DNA from: Enterobacteria phage KhF1
Sequence record: KT184313.1
Length of the DNA: 64,000 bases
Strand: one strand, 5' to 3'
Shown here: positions 9,991 through 28,807 of the stretch, piece by piece
How positions within the stretch are numbered: the stretch's first letter is position 1
Layout of the letters: the number at the start of each line of letters is the position of its first letter
Made by a program: the position numbers and the translations under genes
Notes under the pieces: generated by a model
Database searches by the model: none
The model's input: only the letters and a program-made list of their open reading frames with translations
What the model was told of the DNA's origin: nothing

Positions 9991-11091
9991 ATGACAATTC
10001 TATACAAACAAAATAAAGATGGCTCTTTTAACGTCTGGTCATGTGTCGCTGTAGGTGACAAAGTTGTTACCACGTATGGCAAAGAAAATGGCAAGATGAT
10101 GTTTGAAGAGTATACAGCAGAACCTAAAAACATCGGTAAAAAGAATGAGCGTAACGCTGAACAGCAAGCTCTCTTTGAAGTTGCTGCTAAGTATAAAAAG
10201 CAGGTTGACCGCAAAGGCTATGCTTACACAAAAGAGTCTGCACAGAATACTGAGAAGGTAGGTGTGCAGCTTGCTCATGATGCTGCAAAGGTTAGTCATG
10301 CAAAGTATCTGAAGTTCCCTGCTGATGCTCAACCAAAACTTGATGGTGTCCGTTGTAGAATTTCAAGAGATGCTGATTCAGTCAGTTTCACAGCTTATTC
10401 TCGTGAGAATACTGTTTACAACGTTCCAATAGAACTAATCCCAGATTTGCTTTTGTTGCTTAAATTACATCCGCAAGTTGAAGACTTTGACGGAGAGATT
10501 TATGCTCATGGTTGGGACTTAGAAGATATTGTATCTATGATTAAGAATGCTGACAATCCAGACCGTCACCTTCTTAAATTCTACTGGTATGATATCTGTG
10601 ACAATTCAAAATCTTGGCCTGAGCGTCGTGAAGTTATTGATAACTCACCTATTGTTGAGCTTGGGGATACCTGTAGAGTTGTTCCTGTACAGACTATCCG
10701 TGTAAATTCTTGGGAAGAGTTTGATGAAGCTCATGATAAGTGGGTTGAAGCTAAGTTTGAAGGTGCAATGTACCGTTCAATCTCTGAAGAATCTTTCTAT
10801 GAGTGTGGTCACCGTTCATACTTCTTGATTAAGCACAAGAAGATGCACACTGAAGAGTTTAAAGTGACTGGTGTAAAGACTGATAAGCGTGGTCATGGTA
10901 AGTTCGTTGTAGAGACTCTTCCTAACGTCTTTGTAGATGTTTCATGGAAAACTACACACGAGAAGAAACAGTATCTTGCTGAACATCCTGAAGAGTTTAT
11001 CGGGAAACCTTTAACGGTTCAGTTCCAGAAGATGACTCGTAAGGGGTCTTTACAGTTCCCTGTTGGGCTAGTTATACGAGATTACGAATAA
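9991..11091 (+). CDS. ATP-dependent DNA ligase
   Basis: Motif I KLDGVRCR (KxDG adenylation lysine), DGEIY, EGAMYR; size about 366 aa like T7-type ligases. Confidence 0.8.
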   Translation: MTILYKQNKDGSFNVWSCVAVGDKVVTTYGKENGKMMFEEYTAEPKNIGKKNERNAEQQALFEVAAKYKKQVDRKGYAYTKESAQNTEKVGVQLAHDAAKVSHAKYLKFPADAQPKLDGVRCRISRDADSVSFTAYSRENTVYNVPIELIPDLLLLLKLHPQVEDFDGEIYAHGWDLEDIVSMIKNADNPDRHLLKFYWYDICDNSKSWPERREVIDNSPIVELGDTCRVVPVQTIRVNSWEEFDEAHDKWVEAKFEGAMYRSISEESFYECGHRSYFLIKHKKMHTEEFKVTGVKTDKRGHGKFVVETLPNVFVDVSWKTTHEKKQYLAEHPEEFIGKPLTVQFQKMTRKGSLQFPVGLVIRDYE

Positions 11092-11098
11092 AAAGTTG

Positions 11099-11126
11099 TT
11101 GACATAAAAAATTTGGTGAGTATACT
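11099..11126 (+). promoter_or_regulatory. sigma70-like promoter (TTGACA, 16 nt, TATACT)
   Basis: Near-consensus -35 and -10 hexamers seen directly. Confidence 0.55.
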
Positions 11127-11468
11127 GAGCAGCATAAACCAACGGGTACTCACCAGCATCACTTAAGAGTCTTTTAAAAGGGTTTTTAAGTGATGTTTGG
11201 TAAAGTATGGTTCTGTCCGGTAATGCGATGTATGCTATGGTTTGGTGTGGGTAGTTAGTCTCAGCTACATTAAAATGAGACTTACCTTTTTAAAAGGTCT
11301 TTAAACAGGGTCTTTTAATAAGGTCTGGTCGTGTCCGGTTCGGTAGTGTTGGGCTTGGCTTGGTCTGGTCTGGTAAGGGTGGATGGTAGTAGCCACGTTA
11401 AAAATCTACCAAGTTTCTAAAGAGTCTTCTGTTGAGGGTTCTTTACAAACAACTTAACAATCAACTAA

Positions 11469-12074
<606 letters not shown>

Positions 12075-12076
12075 TT

Positions 12077-12517
12077 ATGAATACGAAAGCATTAGCAGCA
12101 AAGTTTAGTTACGGTGACACTGTATCACATTCTGAGATGGACACCTTCTTAGGTATTGTGAAACCAACTTATCAAGGTGACATTGTTAAGTACGAAGATG
12201 AAATGAAGGCTTATGCGCTTACACGTCTAAACCGACTTGAGAAGTTTATTGAGAAGCTTCTTAAAGAAGAGAAGATTTATCTGGTTGCTTCAATGGGTGT
12301 TGGTTATCGTGTGGTTGAACCTAAGCATCAAGCAACTATTGCAAAACGTAAAATGTCTGGTAAGATTGGTCGTGCTTTAAAGCAAGCCACTCAAGCAATT
12401 GAGAATGTGAACACTATGGCACTTAGTCATCAAGAACGTTCACGGTTGATTGAACAGCAAAACCATTTAGCTGCTATGAAAGCTAACATTAACAAGCAAC
12501 GCAGAAAACCTTTCTAA
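12077..12517 (+). CDS. hypothetical protein
   Basis: ORF track, 146 aa, basic C-terminus. Confidence 0.5.
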   Translation: MNTKALAAKFSYGDTVSHSEMDTFLGIVKPTYQGDIVKYEDEMKAYALTRLNRLEKFIEKLLKEEKIYLVASMGVGYRVVEPKHQATIAKRKMSGKIGRALKQATQAIENVNTMALSHQERSRLIEQQNHLAAMKANINKQRRKPF

Positions 12518-12528
12518 GTTGACTAGGT

Positions 12529-12551
12529 AGCCTCTTCGGAGGCTCCTTTTT
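12529..12551 (+). terminator. rho-independent terminator
   Basis: AGCCTC-TTCG-GAGGCT hairpin followed by CCTTTTT. Confidence 0.7.
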
Positions 12552-12756
12552 AAAAGGTCTTTAAGAGGGTCTTTTAATGAGGTACGGCGCGGTTAGGTAA
12601 GGTCTGGTAGGGTAGGGTGAGGTTTGGTATGGAAGGATGGCAGTAGCCTTATAAAAAATCTGCCAAATAAGCTATAAAATCTGTTGACAAGTCAGGTGTT
12701 ATAGCTTATTTTTATACTCAATGTAATACAAAATTTAATATAACTTTGAGGTCATT

Positions 12757-13140
12757 ATGAAAAAGATTTTATTAGCTGCTGCAATGGTTATGGTAATGAA
12801 TTTACCAGTCAATGCAACAGAACTTCCAAATGTGGACTTATCAGGTGTTCCAGAAGACACTTGCCAGATTGTTAAAGGTGTTGCCCTATCTAAAGGTGAA
12901 CTACTTAAACCAATCTCTGAAGAGTCTTTAACAGAGATGACTGATAAGGTAACTGACTATCAGTATCGTGTTCTTGCAGAGTATTTCCTGCAATCTGCAA
13001 ATATTAAAGAGAAGCACCCTGATGATATTGATGTACAGGCTATGCTCAATCATCGTATCCAGTTTAAAGAAGATTTGATGCAAAAAGCTATGTATGGTGT
13101 TGAGTATTTCTTAGAAAACAGAAGCTGCACAGGTATTTGA
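12757..13140 (+). CDS. putative secreted protein
   Basis: N-terminal signal peptide MKKILLAAAMVMVMNLPVNA. Confidence 0.5.
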   Translation: MKKILLAAAMVMVMNLPVNATELPNVDLSGVPEDTCQIVKGVALSKGELLKPISEESLTEMTDKVTDYQYRVLAEYFLQSANIKEKHPDDIDVQAMLNHRIQFKEDLMQKAMYGVEYFLENRSCTGI

Positions 13141-13141
13141 T

Positions 13142-13354
13142 ATGGCTCTTAAAAAGTTACATCCCAGAAGCGGTTATGGTAAGATAATTGACGATACAGA
13201 CGGCTTTACAGTCTTTACAGTCATCTGTCAGGATGATTCACAGATTGAAAAGGCTCTTGACGATTATCTTAATGATGAACGTGAAAAGGTCAGAGCTACA
13301 AACATAGACTCATTAATTGATACTTCACGTAAACGGAAGAAGAAAGATGAATGA
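13142..13354 (+). CDS. hypothetical protein
   Basis: ORF track, 70 aa. Confidence 0.4.
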   Translation: MALKKLHPRSGYGKIIDDTDGFTVFTVICQDDSQIEKALDDYLNDEREKVRATNIDSLIDTSRKRKKKDE

Positions 13355-13646
13355 GGTTTTTGACCCTTATGCTCCACAAGATGATTGGGAGGCTGATAGA
13401 GAGGCTGAAATGGAGAGTTATATTTGTCCAATGGATGTAGACGAGATGAGGGATTTCGTTGCACATCGTTTTAAGAGAGAGATTAAATCCAGAGGTCTTT
13501 CTCAAGAGCAAGTTGCTAAAATTTGTGGTATCTCTCAAGCTCGTGTATCCAACATAATCCACCTCACTGGGAATGTCTCTCTTGAGTATATGTTGGGTGT
13601 CTGTGAAAAATTTGGTGTTAATTTTAATTTAAGGTTGGCAGATTAA
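13347..13646 (+). CDS. helix-turn-helix DNA-binding protein
   Basis: HTH-like segment SQEQVAKICGISQARVSNIIH; start moved to ATG at 13347 (ATGA overlap). Confidence 0.55.
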   Translation: MNEVFDPYAPQDDWEADREAEMESYICPMDVDEMRDFVAHRFKREIKSRGLSQEQVAKICGISQARVSNIIHLTGNVSLEYMLGVCEKFGVNFNLRLAD

Positions 13647-13647
13647 T

Positions 13648-14007
13648 ATGAAACGTGAAAACATTATCCACTCTGAAAACTTTGCATTAGGCTTTTATGG
13701 TGTACCTACTCACCTTGAAAAGTATTATGGTGTGAAGATTCTCTCCAATCTCATTATGGCTTACAAAGATGGTAAGATTAAGCATACTGAGAAGAAACGT
13801 GTCATGGGCTATATGGCTGTAGGTTCAGCAATCTCAAACATTAAGCTGGAAACAACTAGCAGCCAGATTGTAAAAGACCACTTCATCAAAGAGCTTTACC
13901 ACAACCTTGATGGTGTAGATGTTCAGGCTGTTTGGCTGGATGTTGATGGTCATAACTACACAAGTTTTGTTTTCAAAAATGATGACATTAAGTGCTTGTT
14001 CCCATAA
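13648..14007 (+). CDS. hypothetical protein
   Basis: ORF track. Confidence 0.45.
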   Translation: MKRENIIHSENFALGFYGVPTHLEKYYGVKILSNLIMAYKDGKIKHTEKKRVMGYMAVGSAISNIKLETTSSQIVKDHFIKELYHNLDGVDVQAVWLDVDGHNYTSFVFKNDDIKCLFP

Positions 14008-14020
14008 TAGGTGATTAACT

Positions 14021-14536
14021 ATGATTGATATCTACTTACAAGATGCTCATGCAGATTTCCTTAAAGAAATGCTTAAAAAGTTTATGGCTTCACAGTATGA
14101 GAATGAAGCATCTTTTAAAATAGTTACATGTGGCGACGAAGCTGGTTTTGTTGAGATTGAACATGAAGGTACTGGAAAGACTGTTTGTAAGCTACCTGAT
14201 AGCATGTTCTCTAAAACGTTCTTAACAAAGACTAGTATAAATGTTAAGCTTGTTCCTCAGATTGAAACATACTCTGGTACAGGTTACCCTAAAGGCTTCA
14301 AGTCACTGATGAAACACTTCTTAGATGACTTTGTGAGTAATCTTCTAAGTGAGGTAACAGAAAGCCGTACAATATTAACTGTAGAGAATATAGGGAACAC
14401 TATCAGGGTTACTTCTGACCGATATTCTATGAGCCTCTTCGACTTTGTACCTAAGAACTTTGATGGTATTCTGGATGAAGAAGATGTCTGTGTAGACTTT
14501 ATATTGGTTCTTGAACCAGTTTTTGAGGTTAAATAG
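14021..14536 (+). CDS. hypothetical protein
   Basis: ORF track. Confidence 0.45.
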   Translation: MIDIYLQDAHADFLKEMLKKFMASQYENEASFKIVTCGDEAGFVEIEHEGTGKTVCKLPDSMFSKTFLTKTSINVKLVPQIETYSGTGYPKGFKSLMKHFLDDFVSNLLSEVTESRTILTVENIGNTIRVTSDRYSMSLFDFVPKNFDGILDEEDVCVDFILVLEPVFEVK

Positions 14537-14797
14537 ATGAAAATTGAACACTGCTATGAGTCTGATGGGACACCTATCCGATGTCCACATTGTGGGTGTA
14601 CAGACTTACAAGGTGAAGTTCATGTGATTGTTAATGGTCATATAGCTGAAGAAAGTACTACATGTGTTGGTTGTGGTGAGCATCTATCATTCTGGGCTTA
14701 TGGTTCATACCAACCTACACCACACCTAATATACCATAGCAATAAAGCCGTGAAGAATGTTATCAACTGGTTCATTAAGAAAGGATTTACAAAATGA
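14537..14797 (+). CDS. zinc-ribbon protein
   Basis: CPHCGC...CVGCGEH paired cysteine motifs. Confidence 0.45.
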   Translation: MKIEHCYESDGTPIRCPHCGCTDLQGEVHVIVNGHIAEESTTCVGCGEHLSFWAYGSYQPTPHLIYHSNKAVKNVINWFIKKGFTK

Positions 14798-15339
14798 TTA
14801 AATTAATCTTTGCAAGTGGTGAAAATGGGGAGTTTGGTACTCCAACTGGTATGCCGTGGCCTCGACATAAACAGGACATGCAAGAGTTTAAGAGACTCAC
14901 TAAAAATAACTTAGTAGTCATGGGTAATGAGACTTTTAAGACTCTGGGTAGTAAACCTTTACCAGAACGTGCAAACCTCATCTTAACAAATTCTGTACCA
15001 TACTTAGGTATAGACTTTGGCAAAGATGATGTAATGTATGCTAAAGCCAGTAAAGAGTCATTTGGAGCATTTTTGAAGTATCTTGATAGCTCTATTGATG
15101 AAGATGTCTTTGTAATTGGTGGTGCAGGTGTCCTTGTCAATGCTTTACCGTATGCTGGTGTGGTGTTCCATACAGTCTTCCATAAAGTTACTGAAGAGGC
15201 CACTGTGCATTTACCTTTTGAAAACTTCTTTGAGAAGCTGTATGATAACCGTGTATTTACAAAGGTACAGTCAAAACCATCAGAGGATGGTAAAGCAACC
15301 TTTGAAATTTATGTTCCACAAGTAAAAGGACACTTTTGA
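14794..15339 (+). CDS. frd: dihydrofolate reductase
   Basis: DHFR signatures IFASGENGEFG..MPW and VVMGNETFKTLG; directly upstream of thymidylate synthase. Confidence 0.8.
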   Translation: MIKLIFASGENGEFGTPTGMPWPRHKQDMQEFKRLTKNNLVVMGNETFKTLGSKPLPERANLILTNSVPYLGIDFGKDDVMYAKASKESFGAFLKYLDSSIDEDVFVIGGAGVLVNALPYAGVVFHTVFHKVTEEATVHLPFENFFEKLYDNRVFTKVQSKPSEDGKATFEIYVPQVKGHF

Positions 15340-15340
15340 T

Positions 15341-16240
15341 ATGTCACAAGCAGATTCAAGTTATAAAAATATCCTGAACCATGTTTTATCAGTCGGTGAA
15401 CTGCGTACTACACGAACTGGAGATGTTATCTCTGCATTCGCTCCACCTCAGTTTCGTTTTGATATGAGGACTGGTTTTCCACTATTGACATCTAAACAGG
15501 TGTTTACACGGCAAGTTATTGGGGAAGCTTTATGGTTCCTGAACGGTGAGAATAAGCTTGGTGAACTCCGTTACCGTACTTGGGGTGAAAATGATGGAGA
15601 ACGCTGGACTATCTGGTCTGATGATTTTAAGCGCTGGTTAAGCTCTAATTATTCTTCTGAACAAGATTGGTTAGAAGATGCAGGTGGAAGAATCTATGGG
15701 GTTCAGTGGAGAAACTTTGAAGGTCATAATGGTTGTGTTGTAGACCAGTTAGAAACCCTAGTAACAAAGATGAAAGGTGATATCACAGACCGTTACATGC
15801 TTGTTAATGCTTGGAATGCAGCAGATATTGCAGCAAACTCAATGGCTTTAGCACCTTGTCATGTCCTGTTTCAGATTTATATTACTAATGAAGGTGAAGT
15901 AGATTTGCAATGGTATCAGCGTTCTGTAGACACCTTTTTAGGACTTCCGTTTAACATTGCGTCTTATGGTTTTATTCTGGAAGTTCTTTGCAAGATGACT
16001 GGATATACTCCACGATACTTGATAGGTGTCTTTGGAGATACCCAGATTTATCAGAATCATATGAAGCAGGTTTATGAACTGATGAACAATGAAGAGTTTC
16101 ATGCACCTACTTTTGAGATTGGTATACCACTTAATAATTTAAGTGACTTAAAACATCTTACTGCAAGCGACTTTATTGGTGGCATTAACAACTACCAACA
16201 TGCAGGGAAGATTGAAGCACCTCTGTCAGTAGGCAAGTAA
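15341..16240 (+). CDS. thyA: thymidylate synthase
   Basis: Active-site region LAPCHVLFQIY and overall ThyA-like length. Confidence 0.85.
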   Translation: MSQADSSYKNILNHVLSVGELRTTRTGDVISAFAPPQFRFDMRTGFPLLTSKQVFTRQVIGEALWFLNGENKLGELRYRTWGENDGERWTIWSDDFKRWLSSNYSSEQDWLEDAGGRIYGVQWRNFEGHNGCVVDQLETLVTKMKGDITDRYMLVNAWNAADIAANSMALAPCHVLFQIYITNEGEVDLQWYQRSVDTFLGLPFNIASYGFILEVLCKMTGYTPRYLIGVFGDTQIYQNHMKQVYELMNNEEFHAPTFEIGIPLNNLSDLKHLTASDFIGGINNYQHAGKIEAPLSVGK

Positions 16241-16242
16241 AA

Positions 16243-16278
16243 CAAAAAAGGCTCCCGTAAAAAGGAGCCTTAAATTTT
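16243..16278. terminator. bidirectional rho-independent terminator between convergent genes
   Basis: GGCTCC-cgtaaaaa-GGAGCC hairpin flanked by A-run and T-run. Confidence 0.7.
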
Positions 16279-16648
16279 ATCTTTCAGTATTCTTTGTGTT
16301 CTTTTCAGTAATAGCTTGGAGGGCTGATACTGATTGAGCCAGATTGTTCACACTGTCAGAGAATTTATCAAGAGTTTTGGTAAGTTTTGCGTTTTCACCC
16401 TTAACATTCTCTAACTGAACTTTCTGGTTCTCCATCCCTAGCTGAATCAGTCTCATGTCAGACTGTAAATCACGAATAGCTGAATAGTTACTTTTGGAAT
16501 AATTATCTAGCTGCTGTAACTTTGTTGTGACAGACACTTCTTGTTTACCACTTGAAACCTGCATCGTGGTATACATCCCAATAACACTAAAAATACCAAC
16601 TACAATTGCACCAATATTATTTTTAAAAGCTTCCTCTAGCCACTTCAT
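16277..16648 (-). CDS. membrane-anchored coiled-coil protein (possible i-spanin-like or tail-fibre accessory)
   Basis: N-terminal TM segment IGAIVVGIFSVIGMYTT then long coiled-coil-like region. Confidence 0.4.
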   Translation of the reverse strand: MKWLEEAFKNNIGAIVVGIFSVIGMYTTMQVSSGKQEVSVTTKLQQLDNYSKSNYSAIRDLQSDMRLIQLGMENQKVQLENVKGENAKLTKTLDKFSDSVNNLAQSVSALQAITEKNTKNTER

Positions 16649-16843
16649 TTATTTCTCCCCCTTAAAAGCTTTTTCTAAGTTATCTACGAACTCATCATCA
16701 ATAGGTGTGTCTGTTTTACTCGCAAGGTATCTTGCAAGCTTAAAGAACACTTTCTCAATCATGTATTCACTTAGAAGGGATAAAATGAGTTTCCAGAAGA
16801 AGCTACCTAGATTTTTTAGAAGAATTGCTAGGATTGTAGGCAT
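16649..16843 (-). CDS. small hydrophobic protein (possible holin-like)
   Basis: 64 aa with hydrophobic N-terminal half. Confidence 0.35.
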   Translation of the reverse strand: MPTILAILLKNLGSFFWKLILSLLSEYMIEKVFFKLARYLASKTDTPIDDEFVDNLEKAFKGEK

Positions 16844-16922
16844 TTAATCACCTCATCAGCCAAGATGGTGAGAATACCCATAAAAAATATTAACACCATC
16901 TCAACAATCAGTCAACAAGGGA

Positions 16923-19307
16923 TTAAGCAGTTCTTACCCAAGCCATTAACTTGTAGAACTGGTTAGTAACACTAAATGCTGAACCAGAACCTGTACCACC
17001 AGTGTTACCACTAACTGTATGAGTGTGAGCACCGATACCTACAGAGTGGGTGTGAGCACCAGTGTTACTTGTAGTACCAGACCATGTGTGTGTATGGTTA
17101 CCAGTCGTGTTAGTGTTAGGGAATTTGTTATCAGTTCTGTCAAGCCAGTCAAGAGTTCTTGTCTTATTGTTACCAATAGTGGTATATCCGTACTGAGCAT
17201 CACCACCATTAACCAATAGCAGACCTAAGTGGTGAGCGTGGTTACCAGCAGCACTTGTTGTACCACTTACAGAGTGAGTATGACCACCAGTGCTATTAGT
17301 GTTCTTCGTACCATAATCAAAAGAGGAAGTGGTAGCAGAGAAACTATGGGTGTGTGATGGTAAGTTACCAACAGCTAACGTCACAGAATCTGAACCACCT
17401 GTTGTAGCAACATCTGAACCGTTTGCTGCTGCAATTCTGATAGTTCTACCAACACCATTGTTCAGGTACGTCCAAGTTAGACCAGGAAGTGCTGTATTAG
17501 GGTTAACGTTGCTGTTAAACCACGTTACAATACCTACTGGATAGATTTTATTAAGGTCTGTAGAGTCACTAATTGCTTCTGCAATCTTCTGGTCAGTCTC
17601 TGCTTTAGTGTATGCACCGATATCTGAAGGGGTTGGTTTAAAATCAGTTGTGTAAAGCTGTGCCTCTCCGGCATAGTCACCATTTTTGTCATAGGCATAG
17701 GTAAATGTTGCCAGTCCATTTGAGCCATACACAAAAGAGATTCCTCTTGCATGTGCAGCAGTCTTATTAGAGTGAGCAACATGAATTGCCAATTCTCTCA
17801 GTCCACTAGCAACCTGATTGTTTCTGACAAAACCTGAATATCCAAGATTAAAACCTGAAGGGTTTTCAAGGTTATCTACAGAAACAGTCATTAAGGATTG
17901 GTTTAATAACTGAGTTTTAACAAAATATCTAGCATCTAAGTTAGACCAATCAGAAGGTTGAACTTGACCAGTAATGGTTAGGTTCTTATTAGCCTTAATC
18001 GCTGAAGGCATAAGAGTAATTTGAGTCCCAGAGTAGCTGTTGTTTAATGCCACATCAGTAGAATTTGTGCCACCCACACCTACCCACCACCTAGATACAT
18101 TCTGGGTATCAACACCACGGATATATTGTGGCTGCCCCTGTGTTAAGTTTCTTAATACTACGCCTTCATTATTTGATACAATAGTTTGCACATTCACAAA
18201 TGTGTTAGCAACATTAAGCTTAGGTAGGTTACTCAAAGTTGCTGCCGGAATATATCTAGAGTCAATATTAGTCCAATCCGAAGGTTGAACTTGACCAGTG
18301 ATTCTGAAGTTCTGGTTGACTGAGATATAGCCATTATCAAGTCTGATATTTGAACCGTGTACATAGTTGTGTAGCAGCACAGAGGCTGTGTTATCCCCGT
18401 TCCCTACATACCACCTGTTAGTGTTCTGAGAGTCAACACCCTGAATGAATAGTGAGCTAGTTGTTGCATTTTTCAACCTTAAAGCAGCACTGTCACTGAT
18501 AATAAGTAGGTTTCTGCTAAACGTGTTAGTGCCAGTGAAATTGTTATTCGCAGCTAACTGTGCAAATCTCTGATTAGCAACTGTCTGAGTAAAGTATCTA
18601 GCATCTAAGTTAGAGAAATCTGAAGGTTGAACTTGACCAGTGATTGCTAAAGACTTATTAACAGAGACATTACTTGCAACAGTCAAGGCTGAGTTGTATT
18701 TGTTATTGTACAGCTTTACTTCGTCAGAGCCATTACTACCAATACCAACCCACCATCTAGCCGAACCATCTAGGTTTACACCTTCGATATATTGTGCATT
18801 ATTTGCATTTTGGTTTCTAAGGCGAAGTAAGCTAGCATCACCTTGAATATTTTGAGTTCCAGAGAATGTGTTTGTGATAGCTAGTCTTGCATACCTTGCA
18901 TCATTCTCTTCATTAGTTCTCATCCCAAGTTCATTAGGGCTTGGCTTATTCAGAGTATGATAAACAGTTGCCGACCTTGAAGTGTCTGCAATAGTCAGTT
19001 TAAGGCCATTTGCGTTGATTTTAAAAGTCTTTAAAACATCCCCAATATTAATCTCAGAAGAGCCTGTTGGGTTAAATACTACCTTACCACCATAAAGTAA
19101 CTTAACAATCCCTAAGTCACCCGCCATAGTGCTGCCAGCAATCTGAACAAATCTTTCAAGTTTAAAAGATGCTAAGAAATCTTGATAGGTCATTCGACGG
19201 TCTTCATCGCCAAGCATTTCAGGTCTCTTTTTAACTCTGACATGAAGAAGGTCATCTGAACGGATTGTATCGATTGAGTTTAATTCACTCAACTTGTAAT
19301 CTGCCAT
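16923..19307 (-). CDS. tail fibre protein with internal repeats and C-terminal His-x-His repeats
   Basis: Four copies of ...ITGQVQPSDWSNLDARYF...; C-terminal HTHSVSG/NHTHTWSG/AHTHSVGIGAHTHTVSG repeats. Confidence 0.75.
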   Translation of the reverse strand: MADYKLSELNSIDTIRSDDLLHVRVKKRPEMLGDEDRRMTYQDFLASFKLERFVQIAGSTMAGDLGIVKLLYGGKVVFNPTGSSEINIGDVLKTFKINANGLKLTIADTSRSATVYHTLNKPSPNELGMRTNEENDARYARLAITNTFSGTQNIQGDASLLRLRNQNANNAQYIEGVNLDGSARWWVGIGSNGSDEVKLYNNKYNSALTVASNVSVNKSLAITGQVQPSDFSNLDARYFTQTVANQRFAQLAANNNFTGTNTFSRNLLIISDSAALRLKNATTSSLFIQGVDSQNTNRWYVGNGDNTASVLLHNYVHGSNIRLDNGYISVNQNFRITGQVQPSDWTNIDSRYIPAATLSNLPKLNVANTFVNVQTIVSNNEGVVLRNLTQGQPQYIRGVDTQNVSRWWVGVGGTNSTDVALNNSYSGTQITLMPSAIKANKNLTITGQVQPSDWSNLDARYFVKTQLLNQSLMTVSVDNLENPSGFNLGYSGFVRNNQVASGLRELAIHVAHSNKTAAHARGISFVYGSNGLATFTYAYDKNGDYAGEAQLYTTDFKPTPSDIGAYTKAETDQKIAEAISDSTDLNKIYPVGIVTWFNSNVNPNTALPGLTWTYLNNGVGRTIRIAAANGSDVATTGGSDSVTLAVGNLPSHTHSFSATTSSFDYGTKNTNSTGGHTHSVSGTTSAAGNHAHHLGLLLVNGGDAQYGYTTIGNNKTRTLDWLDRTDNKFPNTNTTGNHTHTWSGTTSNTGAHTHSVGIGAHTHTVSGNTGGTGSGSAFSVTNQFYKLMAWVRTA

Positions 19308-19321
19308 TATAAATTTTCCTC

Positions 19322-19345
19322 TTAAAAGGGGCTATCAAGCCCCTG
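19322..19345 (-). terminator. rho-independent terminator between the two fibre genes
   Basis: GGGGCT-tgat-AGCCCC hairpin followed by TTTT on minus strand. Confidence 0.55.
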
Positions 19346-19353
19346 TAAAGAAA

Positions 19354-20541
19354 TTAAGCTGTTCTCTGCCATACATACAGTACGAAGGATGGCTGCTCAA
19401 TGTTAAAAGCTTGTCCACCACCAACACTGTTAGTGTTCCCGCTATGCGTATGCTCAGAAGAAGAAACTGTTACAGTACCATTGTGTGTATGTGAACCAAT
19501 ACCAACCGTATGGCTGTGAGCACCAATACCAACCGTGTGGTTGTGGTTACCAGTCGTGTTAGTGGTCACACTGAAAGAGTGGGTGTGTGAACCAGCAACT
19601 TCACAGACAGCATCTGCTGAGTACCATGATTGGTCATTCCTTGAAGACCAAACCATTGCAGGTCTTTCCGATAGACCACCACCTGATTCATAGGTCAATC
19701 TGTGGTTATGAGCACCAGCAGAACTTGTTGACCCACTACCAACATGGTTATGGTTACCAGTCGTGTTAGTGGTCTTAGTTCCATAGTCAAAAGAGTTAGT
19801 AGTCTTAGTTCCATAATCAAAAGTTGAAATTGACACCGTTGCATTATGAGTATGACCACCACCACTAAGAGACACAGAGTGTGAGTGTTGTGGCATGTTA
19901 TTAACTGACAAAGTGACAGTTGAAGCACCAAATACAGAGCCTGCTGGTCTTGTATCAGAGTCATAACCAACCAATGCTCTACCTTTTGAAACTAACTCCC
20001 AAGTTCCTCCACAAATTAAATACGTAGAAGGGTTTGCAGAGTTCATGGAAAGATGGATAGTACCTACTGGATAAGAAGCCTGAACAGCCTTGTACAAGTT
20101 ATTTACTGCTCTTGCTGTAGCATACTTATCTGCATCTTCGTTATAAAGGTTAGATGTTGTCCAGTTCTGAACATTACTCAATCCTACCTGTGCCTTAGTT
20201 GTATTATGTGGGTTGCTCTTGTCCTGAATATGCTGTTGAACAAGATTATTAACCTCTTCTGAAGACATAATCTGTAGATTTGCTCTTGCCTGAGCTACAT
20301 TAACAATATCTGATAAGTTATTTGCAGCAACTAACTGAAGAGCATTAATAACGTTATCTAAACCAATTTGTGTTTTAGTCACACCATGAGGGTTATTTCT
20401 TAGGCTTGAGTGTGGAGCAAGTAATTGCTCAAGAGTACATCTCTTATCCTCAATACCCTGCTTAAGATGGAAGATATCACTAAGGTCAATTGGTAAGGCT
20501 GCTTGAGGCAAGGCACTAATTTGAATTTCACCTACCGCCAT
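19354..20541 (-). CDS. tail fibre protein (second, HxH-repeat type)
   Basis: HxH repeats (GSHTHSFS, GNHNHTVGIGAHSHTVGIGSHTHNG); C-terminus ...YVWQRTA resembles ...MAWVRTA of the 794-aa fibre. Confidence 0.7.
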   Translation of the reverse strand: MAVGEIQISALPQAALPIDLSDIFHLKQGIEDKRCTLEQLLAPHSSLRNNPHGVTKTQIGLDNVINALQLVAANNLSDIVNVAQARANLQIMSSEEVNNLVQQHIQDKSNPHNTTKAQVGLSNVQNWTTSNLYNEDADKYATARAVNNLYKAVQASYPVGTIHLSMNSANPSTYLICGGTWELVSKGRALVGYDSDTRPAGSVFGASTVTLSVNNMPQHSHSVSLSGGGHTHNATVSISTFDYGTKTTNSFDYGTKTTNTTGNHNHVGSGSTSSAGAHNHRLTYESGGGLSERPAMVWSSRNDQSWYSADAVCEVAGSHTHSFSVTTNTTGNHNHTVGIGAHSHTVGIGSHTHNGTVTVSSSEHTHSGNTNSVGGGQAFNIEQPSFVLYVWQRTA

Positions 20542-20543
20542 TA

Positions 20544-28565
<8,022 letters not shown>

Positions 28566-28566
<1 letters not shown>

Positions 28567-28805
28567 TACATTTTTCCTGCTCTTCTAAGTTCGTTGTAAG
28601 CAATTTCCTCTTTATACGACCTCTGAATCTCAAGAAATTGTCTCAATGATAATAAATCAGAGAATGTCATAGCAAAGAGTTGGTCAAGTGTTTCTTTACA
28701 CCCTTCCATACCATAAATAGCAAGCACAAATTTCATCTCGTCTGCTTCTTCATAGGTTGCCTCTACAGCAGCATCAGTTAGTGGTGTCTGTAGAGTGTTA
28801 CCCAT
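28566..28805 (-). CDS. tail assembly chaperone (downstream member)
   Basis: Small ORF between chaperone and tape measure. Confidence 0.4.
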
Positions 28806-28807
28806 GT

